Positions 5,463-5,569 of a stretch of 5,569 bases of DNA are shown here, in pieces (position 1 is the first letter of the stretch; each line of letters begins with the position of its first letter). The DNA is from Candidatus Saccharimonadota bacterium (GTDB lineage: Bacteria; Pseudomonadota; Gammaproteobacteria; Enterobacterales; Enterobacteriaceae). The notes under the pieces are model-generated. The model saw only the letters and a program-made list of their open reading frames with translations. It was not told the origin of the DNA and did not search any database. The stretch covers positions 1 through 5,569 of the forward strand of contig CP144770.1 in assembly GCA_036689235.1 (NCBI GenBank), written 5' to 3'. A program made the position numbers and the translations under genes.

Positions 5463-5569
5463 ATTTATATTATATTTTTTTTATAAAATAAAATTATAAA
5501 TTTATTAAAATATATTTATAATATAATATATATATATATTAATTTAATAAATTAATTATAATAATATAT
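5458..5569. other. 112-bp tract of pure A/T after the GH67 stop, including (AT)7 at 5526-5539 and (AT)3 at the window end
   Basis: The last G is g5457, and I found no G or C from 5458 to 5569. The window starts with (AT)6, so joining the ends would create an (AT)9 run and about 133 bp of uninterrupted A/T (5458 through 21). Confidence 0.7.

Noticed and set aside
5458-5506. Inverted repeat AATAAATTTATA (5458-5469) / TATAAATTTATT (5495-5506) as a terminator for the GH67 gene
   Set aside because: The stem is all A:T, the loop is 25 nt, and 12-bp A/T-only inverted repeats are expected by chance many times in this composition. This is not credible as an intrinsic terminator on sequence alone.
1-5569. 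tRNA, rRNA, CRISPR array, IS element or transposase, integrase, toxin-antitoxin pair
   Set aside because: There are no G+C-enriched structured islands outside the CDSs, no spaced repeat array, no terminal inverted repeats flanking an ORF, and no additional ORFs of meaningful length under code 4 in any frame I examined.

Overview
This is an extremely AT-rich 5.57 kb window, with long stretches containing no G or C. It only makes sense under translation table 4 (UGA = Trp). Read that way, four genes fill about 86% of it. (1) 199-981 (+) is a RepA_C-type plasmid replication initiator. (2) 1276-2517 (+) is a secreted GH28 endo-polygalacturonase of the enterobacterial PehA type, with an intact catalytic set, and it is the only gene that is a complete ORF under the standard code. 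(3) 3424-2615 (-) is a 269-aa orphan ORF that the supplied standard-code track truncates to 119 aa. (4) 3483-5462 (+) is a 659-aa GH67 alpha-glucuronidase homolog that the track shows only as a 101-aa fragment. The PG gene and the orphan ORF converge on a perfect 15-bp hairpin at 2572-2605. An 18-nt A-tract motif occurs four times, bracketing repA, and the window ends are almost pure A/T. My overall reading is a small plasmid-like replicon, possibly the whole circle, from a tiny-genome UGA-recoded insect symbiont that carries plant-cell-wall-degrading enzymes. This is reminiscent of what is described for pectinolytic leaf-beetle symbionts such as Candidatus Stammera, but that attribution is inference and not a search result. 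The points most worth following up are these: the GH67 gene keeps a long open frame but has lost two of its three catalytic carboxylates; the minus-strand ORF is hidden under the standard code; the PG gene is a codon and composition outlier; and the repeat architecture around repA may mark an origin. I saw no tRNA, rRNA, CRISPR or IS element.
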